The notes beneath the pieces are model-generated. The model saw nothing but the letters and a program-made list of their open reading frames with translations, made no database searches and was not told the origin of the DNA. From the NCBI RefSeq assembly GCF_030144855.1, contig NC_082707.1, forward strand, positions 71,176,001 to 71,240,000: a stretch of 64,000 bases of DNA, read 5' to 3'. Of this stretch, positions 1 to 13,540 are shown piece after piece. How positions within the stretch are numbered: position 1 is the first letter of the stretch; every line of letters begins with the position of its first letter. The DNA is from Hypanus sabinus (lineage: Eukaryota). The position numbers and the translations under genes are program-made.

Positions 1-2809
1 CCCAATTGGCATGCATGCTTGGAAATAATAAGCCCTCATGGTTATCAAATTCCCTCCATTTCATCTGCCCATGAATAATTACAAGCTTGAAATCTAATTA
101 AAAGGGCCATATGTTATTCAAAAAGCTGACTATATTCACAAATTTAATTTGTATCTCATGAGACATTTACCACATTGAAATTGCTACCAAATATGTTTGA
201 GGTTATAACATAGGTGTAGGGAAAATCATCCATCAGTGGAGGGAGTAATTATCGCAAGTTTCATGCCTTTGTTTGCTGAGATCCATAGTTAAAGTTTAGC
301 AAAATGAAATACTATGCTGATGGTAGGCATATTAAGTGTTGTTCCACAATACAAGATTATTAAGCCACATTAAGGTAAATACAATTTTCAGTGGATGGAA
401 ATTGATTGCAATTTATTTTAGAAATAAAGATGATTTCAATTGTTTTGGTAACTGCTGTTTGATATGTATGATATTTAATTGTCACGATAAAGGTCAGCAT
501 TTAAAGATGAACACTCAGAAACACACTTTCAGTTGCATGAGGAAGCTGCATAATGTTTGGAGAATTAATATAAAAGAAACAGAGGATGCATGAAATATGG
601 GTTCAAAAATCACTCGAAGGAAGAAAAGCAGAGAGCATGTTCAGTATTATCAACCCTTTGTTAAACCACACCTAAAGGTAATCTACACCGCTATAGACTG
701 CCCTAGGCATGATAGAACTGTACACTGACTGACCAGCGCTTTATAAAGTGGAGTATATCTCTCCTGGCCTTATATTAATGCACCAAGTAATGAAGACAGG
801 TGACCTATATGGTATCTATACTACTTAGCATTAGAGGTTAGGAAAAATCATATTTATATGATTGGTTTAACTGAGCTTCTGGTTAATGATGAATCCCTAA
901 TGGTTGATAGTGGAATACTTGATGATGCTTGATAAACTCATTAAATACATAGGGTAGCTGAAAAAACTTGCCTGGCTAGAAATCGGCATTGCTAATCACT
1001 TTTGTGGTTCAAATATTCTTTCCTTTTATTAATTAATGCCCAAATACTCTTTATTGTGTATGAGGGCATGGGTTGCTTCATTCACTGAAATATATTTTAG
1101 ATGTATTAACTTAATTTAAATTTTAAGTGAAGAGATGGTGCTACTTTTTCCTGGGGAGACTAAAAGTAGTATCCATAGTATAATTGAGTCCCAAATAAAA
1201 CCTTTGCAAATTCACATGAGACTTCTTTATCTAGACAACAGTTAAAATCTGGAATCATTTCTCAAAGAGTGGTTGAGATAAAAAGCATGGATTTATGGAA
1301 GGTAAATATATCCACGAGAGAGAAGGAGAAAGAAGTATGTTCGATAAATTTGGGTAAGCAATGGTGAGAGGAAATATTGTAGATACCCAACATGAACACC
1401 ATCAGAAACCATGTTTCTGTACTCCAGGTGATCCTGTGTAAACTATTGATGATGTTTAAGTATCCAAAAATGTTTAATTTTATGATACTCAAAATAAAGA
1501 ATGTTAAAGAATGAAACCTTTTTCTATATAGTGTGGGCTGTATTAACAACATGCACAGCATGTGGTACAGATCAAGTACCGTTGACTTTTTCATACAGTC
1601 TTCCAAAAATCTGTCTTCATAGAGCACAGTATAGTAGAGTAAGAAGATTGATTCATTCACAAAGATGCTACAGGTATGTATTGAAGTCATTTGATGCAGG
1701 TTTCCAAACTCCTCTCCTCTGGACAGATTATTAGCTCATCCAATAATTATCCTGTTTCATTCCAGAAACAAACCATCTTCATCCTGATAAGATATTTTGA
1801 TGGTTCGACAATGCTCCTCTAAGATATTTTTGGCTAATCTTGTCTACTTCCTGATAAAAATTACTAATTAAGCAAACTACCTGCATTTTGAAAAGAGTTG
1901 CGTGAATGGCAATTAATGTACGAAGGAAAATTTGAGTTATGAGAATTACCTGTTACCCATCATACTTAATTGCAAAGATTGCCCAATCTTCACAACTACA
2001 AGGAGTAAATTAATGAACTTTCAGGATAATTTTTAATAATATTTCTACAGTCTAGGCAGCAAAGAAAAATGTTGTTAGCTAAAGGACTATGTTAATGACA
2101 CTGTGAATAATGTTCCTGTTATTACCATTAATGGATATCCACTGAGATAAGTATGTTTTAACACTGGCCTGTTTGACGTGATGGAAAGGAGTTCTTTCTG
2201 TTCATTTGAAGGAGATGGTTTAAAAGGGTGGTACTTTGCAAATAAATAATTTAAGAACAGTAAGTCTTTCCAGTATGTTCTGCCGTTGATAAAGATTGAG
2301 GGTGATGTCCACTTTTCCCCACCATCTGCATTCTTTTAATGACCAAGAATCTGCTGATTTCAGCCTTGAATGTTTGAAACAAGTGAGTATTCTCAGCTCA
2401 CAAGTAGAGAGTTTTAAAAATTCACAAGGCTTTGAGTGAAGTAGAATAAAATAGCCTTGCTTCAGATTGAAATAGATCTCTTCATTTTGAGAGGTTAATG
2501 ATTTAGGCCATGACCGTCCATTTCAAATAAAGAGTTTTGCTTTTGCGCCACTTTAAAACTTGCTCCTGAACTTCATGAAAAGATGCATAAAAATGTTTAA
2601 TAGTTTGTTAATTAATTAGACACCTGCACTCTTAAATTGCTTGCATTATGATATAATCTGTTGTATTGAAACTTTAGATGGTAAGAATTAGAGGCCGTAG
2701 ACCACACTACAACTTGAGGTTGCTTCACTATTTAATACTATGGCTGGTCTGGTTATTGGTTTCAAAGTTATTTTGTATGATTACCATAGCACTCAATTCC
2801 CTGTTGTCC

Positions 2810-3400
2810 AAAAAATCTATCAGTCGTGGCTTTGAATGTAATGATTCAGTCCTCACACTTTCCCGGAATAGAAAATTTCAGTGATTCTCAACTTTTGAAG
2901 AGAAAGAAGTCCACTTCATCTCAGTCTCTTAGTGTGAAAATGCCCTCTAGGGAAACATTCTGAGAGGATCATATCTGTTAAGCCCCCTCACAATTTTATG
3001 TCTGTCAGTACAATAATTTCTCATCCATTTGAACTCTAGAAAGTAAGGCCCAATTGACTCAAATTTTCCTCAAATGGAAACTATTTTATCCCAGGAGTAA
3101 ATCTGGTCAACTATCTCTTTGTTGTTTCCAAGGCAACTGTAAATTCATTTAAGTGAAGAACCTAAGACTGTGCCAGTGCTGCAGGTGCAGTCTTGCCGTT
3201 ATAGTTGCATTTCTTTCCCACTTTTTTGTGTCATCTTTGCAATAAAGCTGACATTCCATTTCCTTTTTAATTGTTTCTTGTACTTGCATAATCACTTTCT
3301 GGTTTTCTTATGAGGCCATTCAAAGTTCTCTGAATGCCAGCATTTAAATAAAATTCTGCTAAGCAATTTCTCCTACCGAAGTGGATAACCTCATTAACAT
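2810..3400 (-). mobile_element. Old degenerate CR1-type LINE fragment (RT C-terminal region)
   Basis: Contains AAGTGGATAACCTCA (EVIHF on the minus strand) and GCTGACATTCCATTTCC (ANGML-like), matching the better-preserved CR1 copies at 47560-48715 and 51598-52464. Boundaries are approximate. Confidence 0.55.
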
Positions 3401-4986
3401 TTATGATTGTCATGTTGTATTATTCAATCAGGTTTTCAGGTCCAGGAAGTGAGACAGTAAATGCACTGACTTTGAATTGAATATTAGTAATTTATTTACG
3501 AACAGTAGCGTTCGACCAAAAATTCATGTTCCTCAAGTTACTGACACTACAAAGCTGAATATTCAATAAACATACCTACATTCAACAAACATACTTAGTT
3601 AAAAGTGCATGCAGAGCATACCTTCCAATTGTCACATGCATCCTTGCCTTAAACAAAGGAAGAAGAGAGCAAGTCCCTTCCATGTGCTATTTTATATACC
3701 CAGGATATTTGAAACTGGTCACCAGGCAGCTTTCCAATGGGAACAGCAGCTGCAGTTTCTAAACTAACCAATCACAACAGAAGTGAATTTCGATGATCAG
3801 CATAAGGCACGCTACCACAGGATACGTGCACCAAGATATAATACAAAAATGTTTGTGCTGTTTAGGCAGATCATGCCATACAAAAGTACATTGAGATAGC
3901 AAAAAAGAAGGAAGTAATACAGAAGACAGTTTTACAACTACAGAGAAAGTTCAGTGCAGTTAGACAAAGTACAACGAGGTTGTTCAGAAGATGAAGAATT
4001 AAGCTTTAACGTATGATGAAATAATCTGTTTTTCTTTTGTGTAATTTTTTCAGACCTCCACACAATTGACTTTGTGTCTGATCTATTACCACATGGATTA
4101 ATAAACATATCTTCTCTTCATTGAATTTACACCTGATAGATGAATCACTGTATTGTATTCAGAAATGATGTGCAAGTACTGTATTTTTATCATTATGTTT
4201 GGGTGAGTTTACCAAAAAAAAAAATTCACTGTACAACAACATATCTGCCAGTGAAGGAGTACTGAAATTTGGAATTATCTTGCATTGTGTTCATTATATC
4301 AACTGCACTGGGAGTCATGTTTGTCTATTGTCATTTTCATAAGAGCTAGGTCATATATTTGCTTTAATCATGGAAGATCTATTAAAATCAACTTAATACT
4401 TAATATCATTGGCAGTTGTCATAGTTGCATACATCAGTTGATTAAAATCTAGAATGACCTTGAACTTAAGAGTTAATATTGTTTTTGATCAGATATGATC
4501 TACCCCAGTCTAAGCTGTGTACGTTTATCTGTTTGTCTGTGTGCACATATTTGCTACTGTACATAAATCTGCAGGTTAAAAATAAACATATTATGGATTT
4601 GTTTTAAAACATGTCTTTCACTAAGACTTGCAAATTGAAATTATAGATCTACAGGATATCTATTTAATCCTCGTCATCTGATCTGAGTATGTATGGTTTT
4701 TTAAAATCCAAATATTATGACTTTCAACTTGCTCTCTTATAAGTAAGCAGTTTTACTTAGAGGCAGTGACAAGGGATCACTGTAGGTCAACACTGAAGGT
4801 GGGAGAAAATACTAAGAATGCCTATTCTCTGTTATGCTCAAGAACAAAGAAATGTTGTGTTGCTTCTGCTAGAATTTAACCAAAATCATGGAAGTAACTG
4901 GGGATACAATTTTAAGACATTTAATAAATAATAGTAAGTGCAATGATGTAAAATTTTCATGTACTGTAATAATATTAAATCATATT

Positions 4987-5293
4987 GGGCACCACAGTAT
5001 TGTGGCAGTTAGCCTGACACAATTACAGCCTTGGGTATCACAGAGTTTGGAGTTTAATTCCAGCACCATTTTATAAGGAGTCTCTGTATGTACTCCCCAT
5101 GGAATGTGTGTTTTTCCTCTAGGTGGTCTGGTTTCCTCTCACAGTCCAAAGACGTATCAGGTTGATTAATTGGTCATTGTAAATTGTCCCATGATTAGGT
5201 TAGGGTAAATCAGGGTTGAGGGTTTGCTGGGCTGACACGGATCGAAGGATCAGAAGGGCATATTCCATACCATATTGCTAAATAAATAAATAA
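4987..5293 (+). mobile_element. tRNA-derived V-SINE/HE1-like SINE
   Basis: tRNA-like head with a degenerate B box (GGAGTTTAATTCC), V-domain-like GGTTTCCTCTCACAGTCCAAAGAC, and a (TAAA)n tail. A related copy lies at 21780-22017. Confidence 0.7.
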
Positions 5294-6278
5294 GTCAGAA
5301 ACAGGATCTTAAAAGACAACTCCACCAAGGTTGGCATTCAGTTTTTCAGCAACATAGCACAGGCATTTCTCTGAAATGGGTGTTAATAATTCAGCATTGA
5401 TAGAATATTTTGAATTGCTCACTGCATAGTAGTATCTGTTAATTTATCACAGAATATGGATGGCCACAAAAATAATACTATTGCTGTTAGACAAATTTAA
5501 TTGCATGATTTGTATTTGCATGATTTGTTAGACTGTCCAGATAAAACAGGCCCAAGCTTAATGCATTTAAAGCAAAATAAAAGCATCCCATTTTGCCACA
5601 ACTTCTCAATTTCTGTAATCAGTAACTAAGTATTTCTCATTAAGCAGTAGACAGCAAATTTGTGACTCTGTAATGCTGTAGTTATATTATTAAGTGAATA
5701 TTTCTTTGCTCCATTGGACTACAAATTATTTGGCATTGATATCTGGTAATCTATTTATTAATCCATTTACTTGTATTAATATTTAAAAGAAAATGTAGCT
5801 AGTCTTCATGGTGAGTGAACTAATGAAGAATCCTCTCCCACCCCACCAACTTCAAGCTATGTACAAGATATAGAAATTGGTCAACTTGAAAATGTGACAG
5901 TAGTGTTGAAAGTTAGATTGCAAAAAGTAACTAATGTGAAACCAATTTGCCAGACGGTAATACCAAATATTGGAATACAGCCATTTAAACTGTATCATTC
6001 TGCTCTTATTAACTCTTGCTACTGAATCACATTCTTACAGGAATTATCAATGGCAATATATAACACCAGTTATAGTAAAAGCATTAATAATCCACTTTGG
6101 TGTTAGCCTGGCAGACTTTCTGGACTATTGGATGTTACCTATCCACCTTTACAGTTATAGAGAGAGAGCACAGAAACAGGTTCACATCCACCAGGTATTT
6201 TTACTTTAGTCCCATGCTAACCTGCTTTATTCTCCCCATGTACACACCAAATCACCAGATTTTACCATTCATCTGGAT

Positions 6279-6358
6279 CGGGAGTTCTCAAAAATGTTAA
6301 TGCCATGGAGCCTTACCATTAACTGAGGGGTCTGTGGACCCCAGGTTGGGAACCCTTG
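6279..6358. mobile_element. Short hAT/Charlie-like MITE inserted in a SINE remnant
   Basis: Imperfect terminal inverted repeats CGGGAGTTCTCAA...TTGGGAACCCTTG; flanks ATCTGGAT/ATCGAGAC resemble a decayed 8-bp nTCTAGAn target duplication. Confidence 0.45.
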
Positions 6359-9300
6359 ATCGAGACATTAGAGGCAACTTGCAGTGACACACTTCTGGTT
6401 TGCTGGAGGAAATTGAAGTACTCAAGAACACCACTCAGTCATGGAATACATGTGAACTTGACATTGGAGTTAAGGACTGAATCTAGACCAGTGGTGATGT
6501 GAGGCAGTAGCTCTACCAGTTGTGCCACTGCCACACACATACATTTATGGTAGATGTTATAAAGTATTAACTTTCTGTTGAACCTGATCATTGGGAAGGG
6601 GCATAAGAAATATCGCCTGGTAAGCCAGACGCTGAGCCATCAAGATTTTTGAATAGTTGGACAGTAGATTATTTGACTTTGACGTGTATTGATTGATTTT
6701 AATTTTTGTGTTGTGTCACAGAATGTGTTGATTTGGGATATGGTAATAAGTATACAATGTTGTGTTAATGACAGTGTCACCAAATTAGACCTTAACAATT
6801 TTTTTTTTCTGGAACACCCAATCACTGGCAATAGGATGCTTAGCATCTATATCTTCCACCAACACTTTCTGCCCCTGATCCAAAATCTGGGAAGCTTTTT
6901 ACTTCTTATTGATAGAGGACCTCTTGGCTCCAATAAAAACCTAGTAGTCACTCTTTCCCCATTTTCAGCAAGGTCTGAGGACCTATGCAGTGACGATCAC
7001 CGCCAATGCCGTCTGTGAAACACACCACCCTTTTAGAGATGATCAGCTTTGGGCACCTTGAACCAATGCTTGCTGCTTAGGAAGTTATAGTGATTCACAA
7101 AGCCATGTGGTTATTGCTAAAAGTGGAGCAGGCATCCTGTTGTTTTGTTGTGTGCCACCTGTCTTGGTGCAAATGGGCATGGTCTAATGACACATTATCA
7201 TTACCGATATTCACGTTCCCACTTTTGTTGAAGGCTTTGGGACCAGATAGCATCCAAGTACCAATGCCATGGGTAATGTGAATGCAGGTAAATGCCCACA
7301 TCCCAGCAGGTAAATTTAAAATAATCGTAGAGTCATACAGTCATGAATAAAACCATTTAGTCTGTATGCCACCACCAGTTAAAGCAGTGCACTCTCATTT
7401 CACATCCCAAGACTTGGACTCGAACAGATGAAATGTGGATTCAAGTATTTTTTTAAGTGCTGTATCTCGCTGTCTTAAGGCTCTTGAATGGACTTCTTGG
7501 ATGTTGAAGGTGTGTCTTTGCCCTCACAGTCTACCTCATCATTACCTTGGCATTTTACTGTTTACCTGAACCGCAGGCTGTCTGTAGCTATAATACTATA
7601 TTCAGCATTCTAATACTGGTTTCCCTTCACGCTGACTCAACAAACATCTGTATGGATGTCCAATAAAACACTTCTTATTGCATCTTGGCACACGTTACAA
7701 TAATAAACTAATACTATTACTATAATCTTTCCAGCTTCAATCACCCATTTTGACAATGCGTTCCTGACTCCCACCACCCCATTGGGTAAATATATTCTGC
7801 TCATTTCCTTTCAATCCTTTCAAGAAATTAACTTAAATAAATGTTCCTTGACTATTGAGAGTGCAGAATTTTTCCCACAAAGTCTGTATAGGCTTTTCAT
7901 AATCTTGTATACCCAGTGTAATCTCTCCATATTTCTTGTCTTCCGAAGAAGACAACCCCAACCTATCCAGTCTTTACAGGTATCTAAACTTGGCAGCATC
8001 TTTGTAAATCCTCAGTATATATCTCAATTGCCATCATTTTCTGCAATCCTGTGACCAGAACTTTAATTTATTCTTAAACATAGTCTAGAATTTCGCACAA
8101 ATCTAGCACATTCTCTCAGCTCTTGTATGATATGCTTTGGCAAATGAAAAGATCTTGTGTGCTTTTATAATCAACTGATCAACAAAAACTGCATCACATT
8201 AATTTTAATGCATTTTAAGCTTTTAACATTTTCCTGATGTTACATTAGCACTTTTGGTCTTGCTCTATAAACCCAGTAACTGAACTGTCGGAAGATGAAG
8301 TTTTGAGATTCATTTTCTGTGAATTCAAAGTTGGTATTAGGTTATCAATTTTCAAGAAAAAATTGCAGCAATTTGTTTTATCCACAGAATGATGAAATAT
8401 ACCATCTACACTGCTTTCCTCATCTCCCCCACAAAGCCCCAATGCTAAATCATCTGTTTTGTGCTAATTGGAACTTTAAAAGAAGATAACTTAATATTTA
8501 ATGAGCTGCAATTTATGTATACAAGGAACATTTCAGACATTGGAATCTTTCAAATTGCCTCAAAAGATTGAATTGAGGATATTTTGTTTTTAGGCAGAAT
8601 TAGGTTAAATTTGTGACTGGAAAGTTGATGTTTCAACAGAAAAGGTTGATATTTGTTACTATCCCTATTCTGGTAAGTGTCTTAAATACCTTGTTTCTCT
8701 CTTTTGGCTGAACATGAGGTGTAGAGCAGCCACCCACTGGCAAGCTACCACACCATTTATTTTCAGTTGAATTAAAGCTATCTCTCTATTTTTGTCTTTG
8801 CTTTACTTATCTTCAGCACAGTCTCCCTAGCGACAGAAGATTAGAAATTTTGGTTGTCTGCTTTCATACTCCATTGCTAAATTTGATGCAGATGCTGGTT
8901 TAATGAATGTGTTAATCTATTTATTTCACATAATGCATTTGTGAGTTTCGAGTAATCCTGTCCAGCAATTATACATGAGATTCACCTTCTGAAAATTCTG
9001 GTACAGGCTTTGTTTTTTTTCCATGGAGGGCCAACAATGGTTTCTACACTTTGTAGTACCTGGGATGCAACTAAATCCTCTGCCTATTAAACTACAGAAA
9101 ATATCAATTTTTGTTCTGCTGATACTTTGGTGACATTTTTTTGTATTAAATTTTAAGTCATCAAAGTAATTACAGGTTCTGACATGAGGCAGCTCTGTGG
9201 GATTTTTTCGCTTTTGTTCAGCTGTCCATCTTTCTCCTTTTCCTTCCAGCCTTCTCCAACTTCTGCAGCAATATCTGTCCTTCAGTCTTTCGTCCCTTTC

Positions 9301-10829
9301 TAATCAACATTTTGTACCTTCCGACCTTTAGTACCCCATTTACACACCTCACTTGCCCTTCAGCCTCCCGTTTCTACCTCCTTTTAACCTTCCCTCCTCT
9401 AATCCTCTCTTCCCTCCAATCTTCTTGTACTTTCAGCTATAACTGGTCGCTCCTTCTTTGCCTAATTATGGCAAACCTGGAAGTGGAAGCTACTTGAAAA
9501 AAAGAGTAAAAGAAATGTTTAAGTCCTGTATGTGAAATGCCTGTCAAGAACGAGGTCTTTTGCATTGGGGAAGACAAGCGGATCTGCCAAGCCCATCAGT
9601 GCCTGCCAGAAGGCAGTTGTCTCCCCTAGGAATAAGGAAATCTACAGAAGGCAGCAATGTAGAAAAGAAGTTAGTGATCTCAAGGTTTGCCTAATTGATC
9701 TGTATAAGCTACTCACTTATAAAAGCACTCTTATACACATATGACATGCACATACACATTCATACACTTACAGATAGTCACACGTGCACACACAGTGTTA
9801 CATACAAACCGTCCAAATATCCCACTAACTCCTTTAAAACCTCCCACCCTGCTTCCTTGAATGTTAAAGGTGTACTTTCTACAACTTCACACAAATTTCA
9901 GAACTCACCAAGGTCCAGATTATGAAAAGTTTAGTGGTTCTATTGAGTTAAAGACAGTTGTTGGAGAGAGGTACCACACTGGAGAGAGGGGTGTTGTGGT
10001 GTGGAGAGGAAGGAGGGAGGTCTCCTGTGAATTCAGAATTCAGTTAATCACCAGGGATGGGGATAACTATCCTCCTCCAAATGGTGAGAGTGCCCATAAA
10101 GGAGAGCAGAGATCACCTCTTCTTAGGCAGAGGTTGGCTTGCAATAATGCAACAATGCTTACAAATAAAGATTAATTGTGACTTCTAAACACTGTTTTTT
10201 ATCAACAGGTGCCACCTTTGCTACCTCCTGTGGTGTGGTAACACCTCAAAGGAGTTTTGGTACATCAGCGCTTCTTCAAAAAGTGCAATATCTTTTTTGT
10301 TTTGTTTCCTCAAACCATTTCTATATTGCAAAATTTGCAGCTCACCACACATCAGCAAACTCTCCCAACATCCTACCAGCAAATAAATATTCCCTCTTTT
10401 TCCTCTTTTCTTTAGTTGAGGAGGAGGTGGTACCTCTAGCATTTGATTCTGACAGTGATGCTGACATCCCATGAGATCAGGTAGTAATTAGCTTCAGTCA
10501 TCTGACTTCATGGGCTCCCTTTAAAACTTCAGACATTTGCTGCAGTTTCGCACAGGAAGACTGTGAACATACCCACTCTGCACATAGGATTGCGTGGCAG
10601 TGGGTGAAAATAGAACGGCATACTCGAATTTCTAGGCTGATCTCTTTGTTTCTTTGACTCTCTCATAAACCTTTCCACAGTCACTCTTCTGAGCCATCTT
10701 TTACTTGCACTAAAAATGTTTTAAGGCATCAGGTTTCTTTTCATTTGTGCTTGTTGCTGGTCACCCATTTCCTTTTATCTTATACCTCCTTTAGTGCTGT
10801 CTATTTCATTCCTCTATTCAGGACACTTA

Positions 10830-10985
10830 GAGCAGCTGATGTGTAAAAAGGGCCTAGAGGATCATTAAGGACCCCAACCACAAATTGTTTCAGCTGCTTC
10901 TGTCTGGCAAACAATACCGCAGCATTAAGACCAAGACCAACAGGCTCTGGGACAGCTACTTTCACCAGACCATCTGATTTAGCAA
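10830..10985 (+). mobile_element. Rex1/Babar-type LINE 3' fragment
   Basis: Reads RIIKDPNHKLFQLLLSGKQYRSIKTKTNRLWDSY, typical of the Rex1 ORF C-terminus. Confidence 0.6.
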
Positions 10986-11074
10986 TACACATTGATCTGA
11001 CTGTACATACATTCACACAACACAGTTACCTAAACAATCTTAGTATTTGGACAATATCCTCCCACATTTTAACC

Positions 11075-11182
11075 ACTGCAATGGTTCAAGAGGCAGTCAT
11101 CACTACCTTCTCAAGGGCAACTAAGGATGGGCAATAAATGCTGGCTTAGCTGGCAACCCTCACATTCTGTAAATAAATAAAA
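11075..11182 (+). mobile_element. LINE (CR1/L2 group) 3' end
   Basis: GGTTCAAGAGGCAG...CCTTCTCAAGGGCAACTAAGGATGGGCAATAAATGCTGG ending in (TAAA)n; a degenerate reverse copy is near 60330-60540. Confidence 0.45.
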
Positions 11183-13084
11183 ATTCCCTTCCTTACTGGT
11201 TGTACTTGCAACGGATATGCAACATAAAGATTTTAACTCCCTCATGTTGTGAGATGGATGTAAAAAGTAAAATTCTAAATCAAGTCCTATTTGTAATATC
11301 TCCGGCTTTCTACAAATGAATTATACTTGGCACATTAATTCTAATGCTATCTCCACGTCTGTTGTTCTGGGTTTCCAGCACTTTACCTTGTACATCCAGT
11401 CTTTGCAGTTTCTTGTCATTGGTTTCCCTGGTCAGCTTGCCTGCTGTGACTTGAAGCCTTTGGGGCTGGTAGTCTGAAATCACAAATCAATATGGTTAAC
11501 ATGATTTACAAGACCTGTGGTCCTTCTAGAGATTTTATCTTCTGAAGAATATTTTGCTAACTCTTCCAGTGGTAGTTGTGTACTTCTTACAGCATGAAGC
11601 ACCTGTTTCGTGATAAAATCATGTTAATTCCTTTAAGCTCTACTAATACTTGTATCTGGTTCTGCGTAAAAGCAATAGATTAGCAGAGACCTGACTTTGT
11701 ACTGGTGAACAATTTACATAGTTTTCCAGTATATGCACTAACTTGTAGAATCTGCAATGTGTTAATAATCAATATTGTAAAGAAAATCATTTGGTGAAAT
11801 TTTCTACCAATTTGCTACAAGGGCATCAAAGCACACAGTCTAGTTCAGATTGAGATGATTCATGAACTCACACCAGACCTATTAAATTGAACTTGCTCCC
11901 CATTCATTCTGGGAATAAGAGAAGATTTTTTGAAAGTTCCTTCTTGACAAGTGGGAGTTAACTATTGATATGTAGGGATTTTGTGGTGGTTATGGTATGA
12001 GCAAGACTTCCAAATTATCAAGATCATGAAGGGAAATGGAACTAAGGAATAGGTGGAAAGGTACCGATGGCTGTTGGAGAGGGGGCTGACCTTGTTACAG
12101 AAAGTGCACTGGCCAACCTAGACACACCTGCATTAGAAAGAGCTGTTAAGAGTTTCTCTTAATTGGGATTGTAAAGCATTCTGCACTCATTTAAAGGAGA
12201 TAACATTTATTTGATGTGAGATTTGCTTAACAGTATTTAAATAAAAACCACTGCATGTGCCCTTCCCTTTCAAACATATTTCAGCCATCCATCTGGAAGA
12301 CTGGAGTAATCCTAATGAGGGTACAATTGAGGGTCACTACAACTAGTTCAGATCATTGAGGATGCATGTCCTTGATAACACAGTTAGAGATTGACTGACT
12401 TCTGAAGGTTCTGTGCTAAGTGTTTTGTGTGCCCATTTTACCCAAGAAGAATATTTAATGTAAATCTGAAATTAAATGTTGTTCTAAAAGGATTTCTCTT
12501 TACGGATGAAGCTAATCTGCTTGCTGAATGTGAAACATGCTGTGAGAATGGTTTTGTTTATGCATTTGGGTAATCAGCAAAACCATGCAGACTTGTTTAG
12601 ATTAGCTGGAGGAGGTGTAGAGAGAGTGGAATGCATATAGGTGACAGAATGCAAACCAGAGTTGTCCAGGTAACAATTTTGAAAACAGCAGTTAGAGGCA
12701 GGGAAAAGGAATCATATTTAAACAAGGATAAAAAAAAACCTTTCTGGAGAGAAGGAAAGGGTTTAATCTCTGAAAATTGTGAGTTCAGTATTAAGAGATA
12801 CAATATGCCCAGAGAGAGGATGAGGTGCTTACTTTGACCATTATTGGAACATTTTTAGTGAATTGAATTGAATGATCTTTATTGTCATTATACATAGGTA
12901 TAATGAAACTCTGTTTAACTTCCTCTTAGGCAATTAAATAAAGTGGTAGATAAAAACAAACCAGTAATAAAAAAAACAGTATTAAAGCAGTATTAAATGT
13001 ATGTTGTACTTGGTGCCCATAATGTGGTCTTCTCCTCTTTGGAGAAAACAAATGTAGATTGGTTAGCTGTTTTGTGGATTATCT

Positions 13085-13540
13085 CAATTTAGTCTGCAAT
13101 GACAGTGAGCTTTCAATTATCTGTCATTTTAATTCTCCATCCCACTCCCATCCTTTCCTCTCATTCTTCAACCTCCTACAAAACCCAAGCTTGAACAATA
13201 GCACCTCACTTTCTGTCCGAGCATATTGTCGCCTTAAAGGTATATTATGAGTTTAACAATTTCAAGTAACCAACTCTTGTCTCTTTGCATAGATGTGTTG
13301 GACCATTCTGTTTCAACTTTTTTCATTTTCTGACTCTAGCTGCTGGTTTTTAAGGTACCTGTCAATTGACAACATCAGTCCACACTGTATCACAGATATT
13401 CCCTCAGCTCTTTCCTCAGTATTCTCTTGAATTTATGACAAGCTTATTCCAATGAAGGGTACTTGCCCTGAAATATTGTTCATCTCTATTTTTCACCTCA
13501 CTGATCTGACTTGACATTTTGAATGCTTGTATCATTTTTT
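13085..13540 (+). mobile_element. Degenerate Penelope-like element 3' part
   Basis: CATTTTAATTC (HFNS) followed by sequence similar to 20560-20720, and a decayed AATGAAGGGTACTTGCCCTGAAA ribozyme-like motif near 13450. Confidence 0.5.

Noticed and set aside
1532-1673. Candidate + strand exon (TTTTTCTATATAG acceptor, CAG|GTATGT donor, one open frame)
   Set aside because: The peptide resembles nothing I recognise and no compatible partner exons were found; such site pairs occur by chance in 64 kb.
9680-10200. Possible solo LTR remnant with a CA-rich tract
   Set aside because: No TG...CA termini, target duplication or second copy identified.
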